The translations under genes were made by a program, and so were the position numbers. The notes below the pieces were generated by a model. The model did no database searches. It was given only the letters and a program-made list of their open reading frames with translations, and was not told the DNA's origin. A DNA stretch of 64,000 bases from an uncultured Opitutales bacterium. GTDB lineage: Bacteria > Verrucomicrobiota > Verrucomicrobiia > Opitutales > T3Sed10-336. The DNA lies in the NCBI GenBank assembly GCA_964645585.1, contig CAZYAN010000012.1, forward strand, positions 5,968 through 69,967. Direction: 5' to 3'. Shown piece by piece: positions 28,048 through 36,150 of this stretch (the first letter of the stretch is position 1; each line of letters begins with the position of its first letter).

Positions 28048-29559
28048 TCACAGGCGGGTGATGAGCAGTCGGAAGAATCCGCGGTCTTTTCCTGGAGGCG
28101 CGTCACTCCGCCAAGTTTGGACGGCGGCCGGTTGTCCGATCAGTTCGTGATCAACGTCGATCCAGGTGACCAGATCTTCCGAGAATTGCGGCCGCCATTG
28201 AAGATCGCCTTTTCGCAGGTCCGCGAAAAATTGAAAGGCTTCACCGAAAACCGTCATCTCGAGTTCAGGGAGGAGCTGGAGATCGGAGGAGTCGAGGGTC
28301 CCGCTGAAGGCGTACGCCAAAAGATTTGGAATGCCGGTTCCCGAAGGATCCGCAAGCGGCTCTTGTTCAGGAAGAGCGAGGTCGGGAAAGCTTGCGATCC
28401 AATCGTGATAATATCTTTCGGACAAACCGTCACGGTTTCTCCCGGAACCGAATGCCGGCCAGGTGGAAACGGCGAGCCCGCTGGTCGTCTCAAAGGCATA
28501 GAGATTGCCATCGCGGCTCCCGATATAGACAATGCCGTTTGGCGCCAGCATCGGTGAGGAATCACTTGGCCCTCCTATAGCGATCCTCCAATTGAGCGTT
28601 CCGTCGGATCGCACCGAATACAGGTATCCATCGCGGGACGCAAAAAATACATCGCCATCCGCGCTCACTGCCGGTGAGGAATAGACCGGTCCATCGGCCG
28701 CATAAGGGGGCCATTTCAACGTGCCGTTCGCCGGATCGAACGCGTAGAGATGATTGTCGCCGGAGCCGACGTAGACCGTGTCATCCGGGCCGATGGCGGG
28801 AGAGGAATCGACGAGACCGCCGGTCGTGTATTCCCAGATCAAGAATCCACCTGTTGAAAGCGCCAGAAGGCGGTCGCCCGCGCCGATGAAAATGATGCCC
28901 TCCTGTCCGATCGCCGGCGAGGAGAAGACGATGTCTTCCGCATAATAATTCCAGAGCAAGGTTCCGCTCGAATCGACGGCATAGATGTACCCATCCCAAG
29001 AGCCAAAATAAATCGCGTCTTCAGATTCCGAATACGCAGGAGAGGAATCGATCCACCCGTCGGTAGGAAAGGACCAAACCATCCCGCCGTCGGGCGCAAT
29101 CGCATAAACGGAAAAATCTCCTGAGCCGACGTACACCGTTCCATCCGGGGCAATGGTCGGCGAGGAAAAGATGAAATTCGCGGTGGGAAACGGTGAAGAC
29201 CAAACGGGGGTCCCCTCAAAGTCGAAAGCGTGGAGATTAAAATCCCAATCGCCGATATAAACGGTGCCGTCTGGATCGACGGCTGGCGTGGAATCGATCG
29301 AGAACGCGGGGCTCGACGGTGCTGTCCAGCGCTGGGAGCCGTCCGGGTTGATCGCATGAAGGAACCCGTCGTCGGATCCGACATAGAGGGTGCCGTCCCA
29401 AGCGAGTGCAGGGGATGAATCGATTTTTCCACCCGCTTCGGTGTAGGTCCACACGGAGGCCGGATCCGCGCGGAGCGGAAAGGGCCGTCCGGCCGCGGCG
29501 AGCACGATAGCGGCGATTGTGACAAGACAGAGAAAACGCGCGGACGGGTGACCGACCAT
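28048..29559 (-). CDS. Secreted PQQ-like (BamB-like) beta-propeller repeat protein with C-terminal 'GFFRL' domain
   Basis: Signal 'MVGHPSARFLCLVTIAAIVLAAAG'. At least 8 repeats of the 'SSPA(I/V)xxDGT(L/V)Y(V/I)GSxDxxLYA' type. C-terminal 'IPNLLAYAF...DLVTW...RGFFRLLITRL'. Confidence 0.85.
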   Translation of the reverse strand: MVGHPSARFLCLVTIAAIVLAAAGRPFPLRADPASVWTYTEAGGKIDSSPALAWDGTLYVGSDDGFLHAINPDGSQRWTAPSSPAFSIDSTPAVDPDGTVYIGDWDFNLHAFDFEGTPVWSSPFPTANFIFSSPTIAPDGTVYVGSGDFSVYAIAPDGGMVWSFPTDGWIDSSPAYSESEDAIYFGSWDGYIYAVDSSGTLLWNYYAEDIVFSSPAIGQEGIIFIGAGDRLLALSTGGFLIWEYTTGGLVDSSPAIGPDDTVYVGSGDNHLYAFDPANGTLKWPPYAADGPVYSSPAVSADGDVFFASRDGYLYSVRSDGTLNWRIAIGGPSDSSPMLAPNGIVYIGSRDGNLYAFETTSGLAVSTWPAFGSGRNRDGLSERYYHDWIASFPDLALPEQEPLADPSGTGIPNLLAYAFSGTLDSSDLQLLPELEMTVFGEAFQFFADLRKGDLQWRPQFSEDLVTWIDVDHELIGQPAAVQTWRSDAPPGKDRGFFRLLITRL

Positions 29560-29762
29560 GCTGGGGATGTTTGGGATGTTGGGGAAACGCCGCAAGTTCA
29601 AATGGGCATCCCGGGCATTCCAAGCGAGAACCCTCCGCGCCGAGGCACCGGATCCAGAGGAAGAATCTTTGTTCTTCTCTGGACGGCGGTCCCGGCGCGG
29701 AGGGCTTGCAACCGAATCACTATGAAAAAGATCCCGTAAAAAAAGCGATGGGTCCGCGCGGC

Positions 29763-30419
29763 CTAGTCCTTGTCGCGGCGCGTCTCCCGGTCTTGGATCA
29801 CCGTATCGCGAATGGCCCGGGCCTGTTCGCGCTGCTGGGCGATAAACTGTTCGCGGAGGGCCGCGAGGGCGTCCTTGATTTCCTGTCCGGTCTTTCCTTC
29901 GCCAAGGAGGGTGTCGCGGAGTTGACGCATCTGGTCGAGGTGGCTGTTTCGCGCGTTCCGGAAATTTTCGAGATGTTCGCGAATTGCCTGGGAGGGAGGC
30001 TCAGCCCGGGGACGGTTTGGATCGGGCGCGATATTTGGAATCGGAAGATCGCCGGGAATAACCAGTTCCGCGGCGGACTCCCGAATATCCTCACTGAGCT
30101 CGCGGAGATTGCGGATCGCCTGGAGGTTCGCCGGGTTTCCTTCAAATTCTCGGATCTTCGCGCGCCGCTGGTCGGGCGTCAGATCGCGCAGTGTCTTCGC
30201 GAATTCCTGCCGGCTCGAGAGTAGTTCCGCTCGCTGGCTTTGGTATTCTTCGATCTGGAGCTGAAGGTCGAGCGGGATAACATCGAGGATGTCGTCGAGG
30301 AGCCCTCCCAGTAAACCGGTTGCTTCCGGCTCCGTCTGAGCGCGCACCGGCAAAGCGGCGACGGCAAAGAGGATGCTCGCGCTGGCAAAGACGGACAAAG
30401 TTGGGATCCGTGTTTTCAT
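29763..30419 (-). CDS. Periplasmic alpha-helical protein with LTXXQ-like motif (Spy/CpxP/ZraP-like, tentative)
   Basis: Signal 'MKTRIPTLSVFASASILFAVAALPVRAQ'. Charged helical body containing 'LTPDQRRAKIREF'. Sigma-54-type promoter directly upstream. Confidence 0.75.
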   Translation of the reverse strand: MKTRIPTLSVFASASILFAVAALPVRAQTEPEATGLLGGLLDDILDVIPLDLQLQIEEYQSQRAELLSSRQEFAKTLRDLTPDQRRAKIREFEGNPANLQAIRNLRELSEDIRESAAELVIPGDLPIPNIAPDPNRPRAEPPSQAIREHLENFRNARNSHLDQMRQLRDTLLGEGKTGQEIKDALAALREQFIAQQREQARAIRDTVIQDRETRRDKD

Positions 30420-30437
30420 CAGTAGCTCTATCGCTGT

Positions 30438-30453
30438 AGCAGAGGTCGTGCCA
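30438..30453 (-). promoter_or_regulatory. Sigma-54 (-24/-12) promoter candidate
   Basis: The minus strand reads TGGCACG-ACCT-CTGCT, against the consensus TGGCACG-N4-TTGCW, with correct GG..GC spacing. The -12 GC lies 20 nt upstream of the ATG at 30419, so the leader would be only ~8-9 nt. A sigma-54 enhancer-binding protein is encoded immediately upstream. Confidence 0.5.
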
Positions 30454-30528
30454 ATTTCACGGAATATTGTAAGATGTTTATGCAGGCTAGGTTATAATTT
30501 CACACGCGAGCCTCGATCAAACGCTTTG

Positions 30529-30544
30529 TGGGAAGTGTTTCCCA
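30529..30544. promoter_or_regulatory. Inverted repeat, possible enhancer (UAS) site
   Basis: TGGGAA-gtgt-TTCCCA lies ~76-91 bp upstream of the -24 element. No second copy was seen. Confidence 0.2.
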
Positions 30545-30695
30545 GGTTAGAGGTGCTGTTGGGTAAAAATCCCCAATTTCGGCTCGGTGGTCGGAACCGA
30601 CAAAAACCGTTTTTTGAAATCGTTGTGTTCGGCGGGTTCATTTCCGAAAACTGTTTCGCACAATCGCGCTAACAGTTCAAGCTAGGGTTTTTACC

Positions 30696-32099
30696 TTACG
30701 ATGATGCCTGTCCGGATTTCTTCTTCAGTCGGTAGCGGATGTAATCGCGCGGCACGGAGAGAAGGCGGGCGGCGGCCGAGACATTCTGCTGGGTTTGCGC
30801 GAGGGCGTGATGAATCAGCCGGTTGATAGCTTCGTTCAAGTCGAACCCATGTTCAGGAAAAACAAACGCGGTGTTGAACCATTCGTTGGTCGCGCCGTTG
30901 CCGTTTCCTCCTGGTGCCGCGGCCGCAAGTTGTTCGAGATCGAGGGGATCCGTCTCTTCAAAGACGACGGCCCGTTCGAGGACATGCTCGAGTTCGCGGA
31001 CATTGCCCGGCCATGGGTGGGCTTTTAGCCGCGCGGTACCTAATTGGGAAACCCGGATCGTTTCGAGCCGGTAGCGGCGCGCGATTTGCCGGAGCAGGTG
31101 ATCAGCGAGTCGCGGAAGGTCCTCAGGCCGCTGGCGCAGCGGCGGGAGGCGGAGGCGGTAAAGGTCGAGGCGGTGGTAAAGGTCTTCGCGGAAGACACCG
31201 GCTCGCAGCGCCTCGCGCAGATCGACATTGGCCGCGGCGATGACGCGCACGTCGGCTTCGATCGTTTTGCTTCCACCGACGCGACGGATCCTCCTGTCTT
31301 CGATCGCGGTCAGCACTTTGGCCTGCAACGGAAGGGACAGGCTCGAAATTTCGTCGAGAAAAAGCGTTCCGCCGTCAGCCGCCTCAAACAGACCGATTCT
31401 TTCTTTCCTGGCGTCGGTGAACGCGCCGCGTTCATGGCCGAAAAGTTCCGATTCTGCCAACGATTCGGGGAGGGTGGAGCAATTTACCTCAACCAGCGGT
31501 CCCTCTTTCCGCGGGCCGTGATAATGAATCCAGCGCGCGATCGAACTCTTGCCGGTCCCCGTCTCGCCTTCGATTAAAACGGGAGGGAGGGCGGCGCGGA
31601 GGCGCTCGTCGGCAGTGAGGATTTTTTCCACCCGCTCCCGCACCGCTTTCAGTCCCGGACTGAATAGAAACTTTTCGGGCGCGACCGCCTCCTGTTCCCG
31701 CCGAAACTCTTCGAGGCGGCGAGCTTGGCGGTGTTGCCGGATTCGGTGGAGCGTGAGCGGAATTTCCCCCGCTTCAAACGGCTTTGCGACAAAATCGGCC
31801 GCGCCGAGCCGCATGGCTTCCACTGCCGTTTCGACACCGTTGCTGGCCGTCATCACGATGACGGAGGTATTGTCGGAGAAGGCGCCATCGCGCAGCAGAT
31901 CGAGCCCGTTTCCATCCGGCAGATTGACGTCGAGCAGGACGAAATCGAACGGCATTTGGCTTAAAAGCTCGCGCGCCTGCTCGCAGTTCGCGGCAGCGGT
32001 TACCGATGCTTGGCGATTCTCTAAAAACGCGCACAGGCGGCGGCGAAGAAGGGTTTCATCTTCCACCACCAGAATCTCCGCGTTTTTCAGCGTTTCCAT
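30696..32099 (-). CDS. Sigma-54-dependent response regulator (REC + AAA+ EBP + Fis-type HTH)
   Basis: ATG at 32099 'METLKNAEILVVEDE'. 'FVLLDVNLPDG'. Walker A 'GETGTGKS'. 'GAFTDA' variant of GAFTGA. 'LFLDEI' Walker B. C-terminal HTH 'NVSAAARLLSVPRDYIRYRLKK'. Confidence 0.9.
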   Translation of the reverse strand: METLKNAEILVVEDETLLRRRLCAFLENRQASVTAAANCEQARELLSQMPFDFVLLDVNLPDGNGLDLLRDGAFSDNTSVIVMTASNGVETAVEAMRLGAADFVAKPFEAGEIPLTLHRIRQHRQARRLEEFRREQEAVAPEKFLFSPGLKAVRERVEKILTADERLRAALPPVLIEGETGTGKSSIARWIHYHGPRKEGPLVEVNCSTLPESLAESELFGHERGAFTDARKERIGLFEAADGGTLFLDEISSLSLPLQAKVLTAIEDRRIRRVGGSKTIEADVRVIAAANVDLREALRAGVFREDLYHRLDLYRLRLPPLRQRPEDLPRLADHLLRQIARRYRLETIRVSQLGTARLKAHPWPGNVRELEHVLERAVVFEETDPLDLEQLAAAAPGGNGNGATNEWFNTAFVFPEHGFDLNEAINRLIHHALAQTQQNVSAAARLLSVPRDYIRYRLKKKSGQASS

Positions 32100-32232
32100 G
32101 ATCGAGGGCCTGCCGCGCGCAAAATGCCGCGTCACTGAAGCACTCCCATTCATGGGCTGGTGCTGGCGCATTTTGCAATATTTTTCGGGACCCGTCTGAA
32201 GTTCGAATTCCGAATTCCGGCTCCCGCGTTTA

Positions 32233-32260
32233 CCTTTCCGCTTTCCCCTTTCCGCTTTCC
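32233..32260. repeat. Perfect 14-bp tandem direct repeat x2 in a polypyrimidine/polypurine tract
   Basis: CCTTTCCGCTTTCC CCTTTCCGCTTTCC, flanked by 'tattttcctctccc'. A second tandem CGAATTC CGAATTC lies at 32204-32217. Both are in the spacer between the P-loop gene stop and the EBP start. Confidence 0.8.
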
Positions 32261-32844
32261 TATTTTCCTCTCCCGGCACAATGCCAGTAACACGCACGGA
32301 AGACCTCTCGCATGTTTCCCCCGTTTTGGTGGAACGCCCCTTCCGCGACCGCGGCCAAGGCGTCGTTCCAGCCGTCTCCAGCGAGGCGTGCGGCCAAATC
32401 GAGGGCGAGGCTGAGATTCGGAGCGGTCGTGTGGAGGACGGGGAGGCCGCATGGACGGTGGACGGTCGCCACGAGTCCGCTGCCGTTGCGGCGAGCCCGC
32501 CGGATCAGGCGCAACCAATGGAATCTTCCGAGGGCTTCGCCTCCGTCGATTAAACACACTTGTCCGGCTCGCAACGAGCCCGCTCGGTCAACTGCATCCT
32601 TCCGTTCGATTTCTGTTGAGCTGCTGTTGAGAAAAGCCCGAACAACCTCCACTCTTTCTTCTTCGAGAGCGCGGCCGAGGTCTTCGAGCAGAACGGACTT
32701 TCCGGTCCCGTGCGGTCCGAGAATGCAGCCGTGCCAGTTTTCGATTCGAAGATGATTGAGCAGCAGCCGCTGTTGTTTCGCTGAAATGCGAAAGCGGATC
32801 TCAGCGATCGCGGAGGATCGAAAAGGATTTTCGTTCGCCCTCAT
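32260..32844 (-). CDS. Small P-loop NTPase of unknown function
   Basis: Walker A 'ILGPHGTGKS' and Walker B-like 'QVCLIDGGE'. ATG at 32844 overlaps the upstream gene by 44 nt. Confidence 0.65.
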   Translation of the reverse strand: MRANENPFRSSAIAEIRFRISAKQQRLLLNHLRIENWHGCILGPHGTGKSVLLEDLGRALEEERVEVVRAFLNSSSTEIERKDAVDRAGSLRAGQVCLIDGGEALGRFHWLRLIRRARRNGSGLVATVHRPCGLPVLHTTAPNLSLALDLAARLAGDGWNDALAAVAEGAFHQNGGNMREVFRACYWHCAGRGK

Positions 32845-33223
32845 CAATTCGCGGCAAGAGGACCGGTTCGCCGGACGGCGAGACCACGATCGGTTCGGTG
32901 ACAAATTTTTCGTGGCGGTGTTCGCGCAGTTCCAGCATCCATTGGAGAGAGATCAATGTCCCGGAAAATGAATACGGCGCGAGCGGAAGTTGCACGGTAA
33001 AACTCTCTTCACCTGCCGAGGCATCCGTGTTCCACTCCACCGTCGCCTCAATTCGAAAATCCTTTGTGCCGCGGCCCTCCGTCCACCAGCCGGCGGTGAG
33101 TTCCAGCTTCTTCGGGGAATGATCAAGCGCCCACAAGATTCTGCCCGTAATCGTTTCGCCCGGTGCATAGGCGGTTTTGGGCAGATCGATGTAAAGTTCG
33201 GGTGCGTTTGCCGGATCGCTCAT
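32801..33223 (-). CDS. Hypothetical beta-sandwich (arrestin/Spo0M-like pattern) protein
   Basis: ATG at 33223. 'YAPGETITGRILWALDHSPKKLELTAGWWTEGRG...FTVQLPLAPYSFSGTLISLQWMLEL'. Its C-terminal half is paralogous to the fragment at 33237..33491. Confidence 0.65.
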   Translation of the reverse strand: MSDPANAPELYIDLPKTAYAPGETITGRILWALDHSPKKLELTAGWWTEGRGTKDFRIEATVEWNTDASAGEESFTVQLPLAPYSFSGTLISLQWMLELREHRHEKFVTEPIVVSPSGEPVLLPRIDEGERKSFSILRDR

Positions 33224-33236
33224 CACGTCACGCTCA

Positions 33237-33491
33237 TCAGAAAGAGGTTCCGCGGACAGTCCGTAAAGATTCCGCTGACAGGGGCCGGACCGCGAGCGGA
33301 TAGGTTTCGTACAAATCGGGCCAGCGCGGAATAGTGCCATGGACCCGAACGCGCCACTCGATGCTATTGTTTTCCCCGCGGAAGGTTGGTACCAAGTTTA
33401 TGGGTACGGAAAACACGATCTCTCCATCTCGTCTTGCAAATGGCTGATCGGTCTCCGCGAGGGTTTCCCGATGAAAGAGACTGTCATCGCT
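33237..33491 (-). pseudogene. Orphan or frame-shifted C-terminal half of a beta-sandwich domain
   Basis: '...GEIVFSVPINLVPTFRGENNSIEWRVRVHGTIPRWPDLYETYPLAVRP' parallels 'ESFTVQLPLAPYSFSGTLISLQWMLEL...PIVVSP' of the next gene. The only in-frame start is GTG at 33416. The frame becomes protein-like exactly where the last TM helix of 33398..34183 ends. Confidence 0.35.
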
Positions 33492-34183
33492 TGCCAGACG
33501 AAAATGCTCACGATGCCGTTCCAGATCAGCGCAAAGACGAATGTGCCGAGCAGCTTTCCAATCGGGCCGACCGACGGTTCCAGTTCGGCCGGACCGGTGC
33601 TGCCGCCGGCGAGGCGTTCGTGACGGGAATGCCGGGGCGACGCGCGTGAAGCGAGAAGCCCGGATCCCGCCAGCATGATCCCGGCGCCCAGAAAAATGAA
33701 GAGGGCGCAGAAGGGGCCCATGAGGTAAACCAGCATGGGAATTTTCCGTGACAGCACGGCTTCCGTCGGATCGTCGGGATTCACCCAGCAAACAGACTCC
33801 ATTCCAACCGGATACCGGGCTACAACTTTGGCTTTTCCTTTCTGTCCGCTGGAAGCGGCATCGTTGAAGTCGTATCGATTGCTTTGATACAGCTTGCCGT
33901 CGACTGCGTATGTGTAGGTGATCGCGATTTTATACGTTACGCCCTCGCTGCTGTGGCGGCTTTTCACCTCGCTGCCGCGAATGGTGCAGGGGACTTTGAC
34001 CCACGAGCGGCTTTCGAACGATTTCACGACCGGCGAGATGACGCCGAGCCAGCAGAGGAAAGCGCCAATCGAAAAGAAGGAGAAACCGAAGAGGATGAGA
34101 AACACGCTCTTGCCTCGGCTCTTTGCAGGCCGAAATCCCGGTTCGACTGTACTCGGGAAAGCGGGACGCATCGTGGAAATCAA
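33398..34183 (-). CDS. DUF3592-like membrane protein (3 TM helices)
   Basis: TM1 'VFLILFGFSFFSIGAFLCWLGVI'. 'WVKVPCTIRGSEV...GVTYKIAITYTYAVDGKLYQSNRY' is a DUF3592-type beta segment. TM2 'MLVYLMGPFCALFIFLGAGIML'. TM3 'LLGTFVFALIWNGIVSIFVW'. Confidence 0.75.
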   Translation of the reverse strand: MISTMRPAFPSTVEPGFRPAKSRGKSVFLILFGFSFFSIGAFLCWLGVISPVVKSFESRSWVKVPCTIRGSEVKSRHSSEGVTYKIAITYTYAVDGKLYQSNRYDFNDAASSGQKGKAKVVARYPVGMESVCWVNPDDPTEAVLSRKIPMLVYLMGPFCALFIFLGAGIMLAGSGLLASRASPRHSRHERLAGGSTGPAELEPSVGPIGKLLGTFVFALIWNGIVSIFVWQAMTVSFIGKPSRRPISHLQDEMERSCFPYP

Positions 34184-34373
34184 TAGCCGGAAGACGGAAT
34201 GAAGAGGTCTCAGAATGCAACATTCGGGTTGGGACGCGAGCAGAAGATTACCGTAACAGAAAGCGGCAGCGGCTTTCAGCCGCCGCCGTGAGCCGGTGGA
34301 CCTCGTATCGGATCAAGCTGCCCGCCGAATAGCGCTTCGTTGATCGAGCTTACGCCCGCGTCATCGAAGTCCG

Positions 34374-35981
34374 CTACCCTTGCGGCGCGACTGCTGGAGT
34401 GCCGATCTTTTCGGATTCTCCAGTCGGGAGTTCCACGGGTTTGTAACCGCCGCGTGCCCGGAAGTAGGCGATCAGGATGAGGTACGACGCGAGCATGATC
34501 ACCGGGAAAATAACGACTTTCGCCAGCGCGCCTTGTTTCGCGCTCGTGACGACGGCCTGAACGTCTTCGCTGCTTTCAAGCTCGCCAACCTTCTTCATGT
34601 CGACAGCGGTATAGCTGCCGAGCACGTAATGATTTTCATAGGCGACTTCCTCATAGACTCCCGGCATTTGTTCTTCCAGTGCCCGTTGGGCCGAAATCTC
34701 CTGCATGTGGCCGATCAGCGGGCCGCCGACAACGCCGACGGTCAGCATGCCGATGCCGGCGATCGCATTGAGAGTGAGCGCGCCGCCTTTTGGCGACTGT
34801 TCGGCGACGACTCCGAGCATGGTTGGCCAGAAGTACGTTTTACCGACCCCGTAAATCGTAGCCGCGACGAAGATCGCGAAAGCTGCTTCGACCATCGAGA
34901 GGAGGAAGAGTCCGACAATGGCCAAACTTGCGCAGACGGCGAGCAGTCCGAGCGGGCCGAAGAAGTTGACAACGGGACCGACCCGGAAGCGCAGGACCAT
35001 CATGATGAACGAAGTGTAAACAAGCACCCATGCCGGATCCGCGCCGATCGCCCGCATGGGCTTTTCCATCAGGCCGGTAATCGCGCCATCGGTCCCGAGC
35101 TCGGTGGTCGCGAGCGGCATCATGATCAGGCAGAGGAGGAAAATCAGCGGGCGGCCAAATGAGCGGCAGTATGCGGCATAGGCTCCGACGACGATCGCGA
35201 CGATCAGGAAGGTAATCCCAAGAGACCACTGGAAGACTTCGCCAAGCTGCGCGACGACTAGAAAACTCGCGAGGGCCGCGCCGAGGATCCCGAACTCAGC
35301 GAGCATCTCGCGATAGGTCGTTCCGGAAGCGACGCGTTCATTAACCGGGAACTTCGCCTTGGCAAGCATCACGAGGTAAATGATCGCGGGGATGGCAACA
35401 AGGTAGATGATCACGCGCCAGTCATTGGCAACTTGCTCGCCGAGCAGGATCATCGCAACTCCGCCCAGGATCAGGCCGCCCGGCCAGCCGGCGTGGAGGA
35501 TATTGAGCCATTTGGTCTTTTCGCGGCTGAACAATGTGGCGACGACCGGATTGACGAACGCTTCGACCGTGCCGTTCCCCAAGGAGAGGATAATGCTGCC
35601 CCAGTACAGGACACTAAAGGCTTTTTCTTGCGCCTCCGTTAGCGCTGCTCCCTCGAGACCCGCTGCATTTACGATCCCGTAAGCCCAGAGTGCCATCGCG
35701 CCGAAAGCCGCGTAGCAGGCGAAGCTGAAAAACATCGAGACGCGGTAGCCGATTTTATCGATAAACAAGCTGAACAGGATGATGCTGATTGCGAACGGCC
35801 AGATGCCGGCGCCGAACAGAACCTGCGCCTTTACGGCGTCGAGCCCGAACTGTTCGGGCCAGGTTGTGCTGACGAGAATGGCCCGGGTAATGAACGCCAT
35901 CGACGTCGTGATCATTGCGACAAAGCAGCCCCAGAACATGAATTGGGACGTGCGGGAGGGGGTGGGGGAGGTTGAAGTCAT
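34374..35981 (-). CDS. Polytopic membrane transporter, MFS-like
   Basis: 535 aa with about 12-14 hydrophobic helices throughout. No ATPase motif. Substrate unknown. Confidence 0.75.
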   Translation of the reverse strand: MTSTSPTPSRTSQFMFWGCFVAMITTSMAFITRAILVSTTWPEQFGLDAVKAQVLFGAGIWPFAISIILFSLFIDKIGYRVSMFFSFACYAAFGAMALWAYGIVNAAGLEGAALTEAQEKAFSVLYWGSIILSLGNGTVEAFVNPVVATLFSREKTKWLNILHAGWPGGLILGGVAMILLGEQVANDWRVIIYLVAIPAIIYLVMLAKAKFPVNERVASGTTYREMLAEFGILGAALASFLVVAQLGEVFQWSLGITFLIVAIVVGAYAAYCRSFGRPLIFLLCLIMMPLATTELGTDGAITGLMEKPMRAIGADPAWVLVYTSFIMMVLRFRVGPVVNFFGPLGLLAVCASLAIVGLFLLSMVEAAFAIFVAATIYGVGKTYFWPTMLGVVAEQSPKGGALTLNAIAGIGMLTVGVVGGPLIGHMQEISAQRALEEQMPGVYEEVAYENHYVLGSYTAVDMKKVGELESSEDVQAVVTSAKQGALAKVVIFPVIMLASYLILIAYFRARGGYKPVELPTGESEKIGTPAVAPQG

Positions 35982-36150
35982 AAAGTGAAATTCGGAAGTA
36001 GGTAGTAGTAGACGTAAGAAGTAACGGCGGAGCTTAAGGTGAGGGGCTCTAAAATTCTAGCACTTTTTTTGCGGGGCCAAAACGGGAAATTTCCGGGTGA
36101 CATGGCAAAAAGTTTGTCTAACCCCAGTCGTCGGCGCTAAGGGTCGGATC

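Noticed and set aside
32164-32178. Plus-strand TGGCGCATTTTGCAA resembling a sigma-54 promoter.
   Set aside because: The GG-to-GC spacing is 10 nt rather than 12 nt. It points away from any plus-strand gene.
32196-32220. 'GTTCGAATTCC' resembling a tRNA T-loop.
   Set aside because: The flanking sequence cannot form T-stem or acceptor pairing. No cloverleaf can be drawn. It is part of the CGAATTC tandem repeat.
32100-32297. N-terminal 66-aa extension of the sigma-54 regulator ORF. Analogous upstream extensions occur on 25355..26953, 26820..28106, 46162..47190, 50307..51875 and 55165..56043.
   Set aside because: The extensions are Arg/Lys-rich, overlap or abut the upstream gene or spacer repeats, and precede an internal ATG that gives a canonical domain start or signal peptide. 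The shorter starts were adopted.
33492-33791. First 100 codons of the 184-aa ORF 33237..33791, which showed an apparent 'GRTGTVGRPDW' similarity to 'GETITGRILW' of the neighbouring protein.
   Set aside because: This stretch overlaps the well-supported TM2-TM3 region of the DUF3592-like gene. That gene has G/C-rich third positions, whereas the alternative frame has A/T-rich third positions and Arg-rich composition. The similarity is judged coincidental.
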